Shown here in pieces: positions 57,217 through 60,379 of a stretch of DNA of 60,379 nt. The position numbers and the translations under genes were made by a program. The notes under the pieces were generated by a model. The model was not told where the DNA came from. It searched no databases and saw only the letters and a list, made by a program, of their open reading frames with translations. The stretch lies in contig JAWLBL010000034.1 of the NCBI GenBank assembly GCA_041687695.1, positions 1 to 60,379 on the forward strand. The letters run 5' to 3'. Position 1 is the first letter of the stretch; every line of letters starts with the position of its first letter. Source of the stretch: Myxococcota bacterium (GTDB lineage: Bacteria; Myxococcota_A; UBA9042; PHBI01; JAWLBL01).

Positions 57217-60008
57217 TGTCGCTCTGGACGCGCGCCCGCGCGCTGCTCGCCGTGACCGCCCTGTCGCTGCCCCTCGCCGCCGCCTGCGGCAGCCAGGAGA
57301 CCGCCCCGACCGAGGCCGCCGCCGGCCAGGCCGCGACGCTGACCGGCTCGCTGGCCCAGCAGCGCACCTTCACCCTCGAGGGCGGCGCCATCGGCGCCAT
57401 GGCCTGGCACCCCACCCTGCCCTGGATCGCCCTGGGCGGACAGGACGGCACCGTGCGCGTCGTCGATCTGGACGGCGGGCGCGAGGTGCCGATGAAGCAG
57501 TCGCACGACGAGTGGGTCACCGAGGTGGCCTGGACGCCGGGCGGCCGCTACGTGGTGTCGGGCAGCACCGACAACACCGTGCGCCTCTGGGACGTGACGA
57601 CCCGCTCGGTGGTCCGCACGCTCAGCGGCCACTCGGGCGACGTCAAGGCGCTCGCCGTCAGCGCCGACGGCACGCGCATCGCCTCGGGCGGCGTCGACCG
57701 CCGGGTCATCCTGTGGAAGACCGAGGACGGCGAGGCGCTCGAGACCTACCGCGGCTACCGCAACAGCGTCTACACGCTGGCCTTCCACCCCAACGACGAG
57801 TCCATCGTCTTCGTGGGCGGCCGCGAGAGCACCATCCACCTGTGGGACACCGAGGCCCGCGAGCGGCTCGACCGCCTGAGCGACCACACCAACTCGGTCT
57901 TCGATCTCCGCTTCACGCCCGACGGGGCCCACATGGTGTCGACCGGCGCCGACGGCCGGCTGCTGGTGTGGAACACCGAGGACTGGACGTCGCGCCAGCT
58001 CTACCAGGGCGACTACATGGCCGACGCCATCGCCATCGATCGCCAGGGCCAGCGGGTCGCGATGGGCGACCGCAAGGGCGAGGTCAACATCTACGACCGG
58101 GCCACCGGCACGCTCGAGCGCATGGTCCCGGTGGGCAAGGCCATGATCCAGAGCCTGGACTTCTCGCCCGACGGCAAGCGGCTGGCCGCGGCGACCGACG
58201 ACGGCAAGCTCGTCATGATCGACGTCGAGGCGGTCGACGGCGGGGCCCCGGCGCCGATCGCGGCCTTCACCGGGTTCGCGGCCTCGCTCGACGAGGTGGC
58301 GGTGGGCGCGGGCGGCCAGGTGGTCGCGGGCCTGGGGGGCGGCGACGTCACGGTGTGGGACGGCCGCACCGGGGCCGTGCGGGCGCGCGTCGCGGCGCAG
58401 GGCGCGCGGTTCGAGACGCTGGCCCTGTCGCGCGACGGCGAGACGCTGGCCGTGGGCGTCGACAGCGGCGAGGTGCGGCTGTACGGCAGCGCGGACGGCG
58501 CGCTGCGCAAGACCCACGCGGGCATCGGGCAGAGCGTGGCCGCGCTGGGCTTCTCGCCGGACGGGCGGACGATCTTCGTCGGCGGCGGCTGGGGCAAGCT
58601 GGCCGCGCTGGACGTGGAGTCGGGCGCCGAGGGGGCGGCCTTCGACGGGCACGACGAAGGCCTCACCGCCATCAGCGTCTACCCGGACGGCTCGCGGATC
58701 CTGACGTCGTCGCGCGACGAGCACACGCGGTGCTGGGACGTGCAGACGGGCAAGTCGCTGTGGGCCCTGTACGGCGACGTGCCGCGGTCGAACGCGGTCA
58801 GCGGCGACGGGCAGCGGGTCGCCGTCGGCGACCAGAAGGGCATCATCCGGCTGTACGAGGGCGACACGGGCAAGCGGGTGGGCGAGATGGCCGGGCACCG
58901 GCGGGCGGTCGTGGGGTTGGCCTTCGCGCCGGGCGACGAGCGGCTCGTCTCGGCCGGCTGGGACCGGTCGGTCAAGCTGTGGTCGGTGCCGGACCAGGCG
59001 ATCATCACGTCGACGCTGCCGCACCGGGGCTGGCTGGCCTCGCTGGCGGCGACGCCCGACGGAGGCACGCTGGTGACCGGCGGCCGGGGCGGCGCGGGGC
59101 CGGCGGTGCTGTTCGAAGTGCGCGACAAGGCCGACGAGGGGCTGCCCGAGGACGACGGGGCCGTGGTGGCCGCCAACGACGTGCCCGGGCTGACGCTGCC
59201 CAAGCTCGAGGGGCTGCCCGAGGACGTCGAGGTGGTGCGCACCAAGACCAACGAGGAGCGGGCCGAGGAGATCCTGGCCTCCATCCGGGATCTGTCGGCC
59301 AAGGGCGACAAGGACGCCGCCTGTGACCAGGCGCTGTCGGTCACGCGGCTGGTCGACAACGTCGACCCCTACCGGCGCGAGCTGACCGAGGTCTGCGCCG
59401 ACGCCGCCACGGCGCACGCCACGCCCGAGGGCTTCGGCAAGTGCCTGAAGTTCAGCCAGATCGCGCTCGAGCTGACGCCGCGCCACAAGCCGCTCGAGGC
59501 GCTGGTGACGCGCTGCACGCTGATGCGCCTCGACGGGCGGCTCGACGAGCTGGCCAAGGCGCTCGCCGACGCGCCCAACGAGGAGAAGAGCCTGCGCCAC
59601 TACAACTGGCGCACCCTCATCGCGGGCGGGCTCGAGATCGAAAAGCGCGTCCACCAGCACGACAAGGACCTGAAGGTCGAGGGCTCGCGCGAGAAGCTGG
59701 CCCGCGGCTACGCCTACCTGGCGCTCGGCAGCTATCACCTGTCCAGCTTCTCGGGCGAGAACCGAGAGGAGCTGCTGGGCAAGGCGACGCGCTACAGCCG
59801 CGAGGCCGACCAGCTCGCGGGCTCGGACCCGGTGGTCGACGCGGTCCTGTGGACGCTCACCAAAGAGCGCTACATGCCCATGTGGATCTACGGCGGCGCC
59901 CTGGGCGGTCTGGCCCTGCTCGGCATCGGCGTCGCCATCCTGATGGGCCGCCGCCGCGCCCGCAAGATGGCCCTGCTGGCCGAGGACGACACCGACGCCG
60001 CGGCCTGA
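57213..60008 (+). CDS. WD40-repeat lipoprotein with helical domain and C-terminal TM helix
   Basis: Lipobox LAAAC and about 14 WD repeats (GH...SG..D.TVRLWD). C-terminal WIYGGALGGLALLGIGVAILMGRRRARK. ATGA overlap with the upstream gene. Confidence 0.88.
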   Translation: MMSLWTRARALLAVTALSLPLAAACGSQETAPTEAAAGQAATLTGSLAQQRTFTLEGGAIGAMAWHPTLPWIALGGQDGTVRVVDLDGGREVPMKQSHDEWVTEVAWTPGGRYVVSGSTDNTVRLWDVTTRSVVRTLSGHSGDVKALAVSADGTRIASGGVDRRVILWKTEDGEALETYRGYRNSVYTLAFHPNDESIVFVGGRESTIHLWDTEARERLDRLSDHTNSVFDLRFTPDGAHMVSTGADGRLLVWNTEDWTSRQLYQGDYMADAIAIDRQGQRVAMGDRKGEVNIYDRATGTLERMVPVGKAMIQSLDFSPDGKRLAAATDDGKLVMIDVEAVDGGAPAPIAAFTGFAASLDEVAVGAGGQVVAGLGGGDVTVWDGRTGAVRARVAAQGARFETLALSRDGETLAVGVDSGEVRLYGSADGALRKTHAGIGQSVAALGFSPDGRTIFVGGGWGKLAALDVESGAEGAAFDGHDEGLTAISVYPDGSRILTSSRDEHTRCWDVQTGKSLWALYGDVPRSNAVSGDGQRVAVGDQKGIIRLYEGDTGKRVGEMAGHRRAVVGLAFAPGDERLVSAGWDRSVKLWSVPDQAIITSTLPHRGWLASLAATPDGGTLVTGGRGGAGPAVLFEVRDKADEGLPEDDGAVVAANDVPGLTLPKLEGLPEDVEVVRTKTNEERAEEILASIRDLSAKGDKDAACDQALSVTRLVDNVDPYRRELTEVCADAATAHATPEGFGKCLKFSQIALELTPRHKPLEALVTRCTLMRLDGRLDELAKALADAPNEEKSLRHYNWRTLIAGGLEIEKRVHQHDKDLKVEGSREKLARGYAYLALGSYHLSSFSGENREELLGKATRYSREADQLAGSDPVVDAVLWTLTKERYMPMWIYGGALGGLALLGIGVAILMGRRRARKMALLAEDDTDAAA

Positions 60009-60024
60009 CCTGGCGGGCCTGCGC

Positions 60025-60379
60025 CCTGGGATCGCCGCCTCGCAAGAGGCCAACCGGAGTGCTCCGGCTTGCCGGAGCCCCGATGCGGCGCAGCTTGCTG
60101 CGCCGGGCTTGGCGGCCAGATCCCGGCGGCAAGCCGCAGGGGGCCCCGGCAAGCTGGAGCACTAGGAAGAAACTAGGTCGGAGGAGGGGCTGCGCCGGGC
60201 TTGGCGGCCCGATCCCGGCGGCAAGCCGCCGGGGCCGGGGCTCCAGCAAGCTGGAGCACTCCAAGGCCGCCTCCGCCGGCGGCCAACCGGAGTGCTCCGG
60301 CTTGCCGGAGCCCCGATGCGGCGCAGCTTGCTGCGCCGGGCTTGGCGGCCAGATCCCGGCGGCAAGCCGCAGGGGGCCC
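60025..60379. repeat. REP/REPIN-like cluster; tandem full and partial copies of the four-hairpin GGAGTGCTCC element
   Basis: Copies at about 60056-60163, 60189-60262 (partial) and 60289-end (truncated), homologous to 165-279. Confidence 0.9.

Overview
A very GC-rich bacterial window with about 45 genuine CDSs. It is most likely from Myxococcota or related Deltaproteobacteria, judging by the MYXO-CTERM-like sorting tail, Cys-rich lipoproteins and a TIGR04551-like barrel. Most long Arg/Pro/Gly-rich ORFs in the six-frame track are shadow frames. Housekeeping and metabolic genes include uppS, rsgA, pyrD, ydiJ, an enoyl-CoA hydratase, an aminotransferase and yjbQ. Envelope genes include an MBOAT with two SGNH proteins, a ceramidase/Cys-rich lipoprotein/beta-barrel operon, a 1647-aa lamin-tail lipoprotein, an M4 protease, and WD40 and beta-helix lipoproteins. 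There are LuxR, AraC and MarR regulators and two ion channels (Kv-type, and a ClC-CBS-PTS EIIA fusion). Clusters of GGAG-type REP/REPIN-like palindromic repeats lie at both ends and at about 45.7 and 50.3 kb. I recognised no rRNA, tRNA, canonical CRISPR or transposase. The most striking unexplained structure is a helically phased array of five AACGA-N5-TCGTT palindromes (period 43/42/43/42 bp, unique 27-28 bp spacers) at 14577-14761, directly upstream of a TTGACA box and an uncharacterised all-alpha protein. Other notable items are a hidden secreted 6x16-aa Cys-repeat peptide and REP-linked silent copies of a diverged C-terminus of a HEAT lipoprotein.
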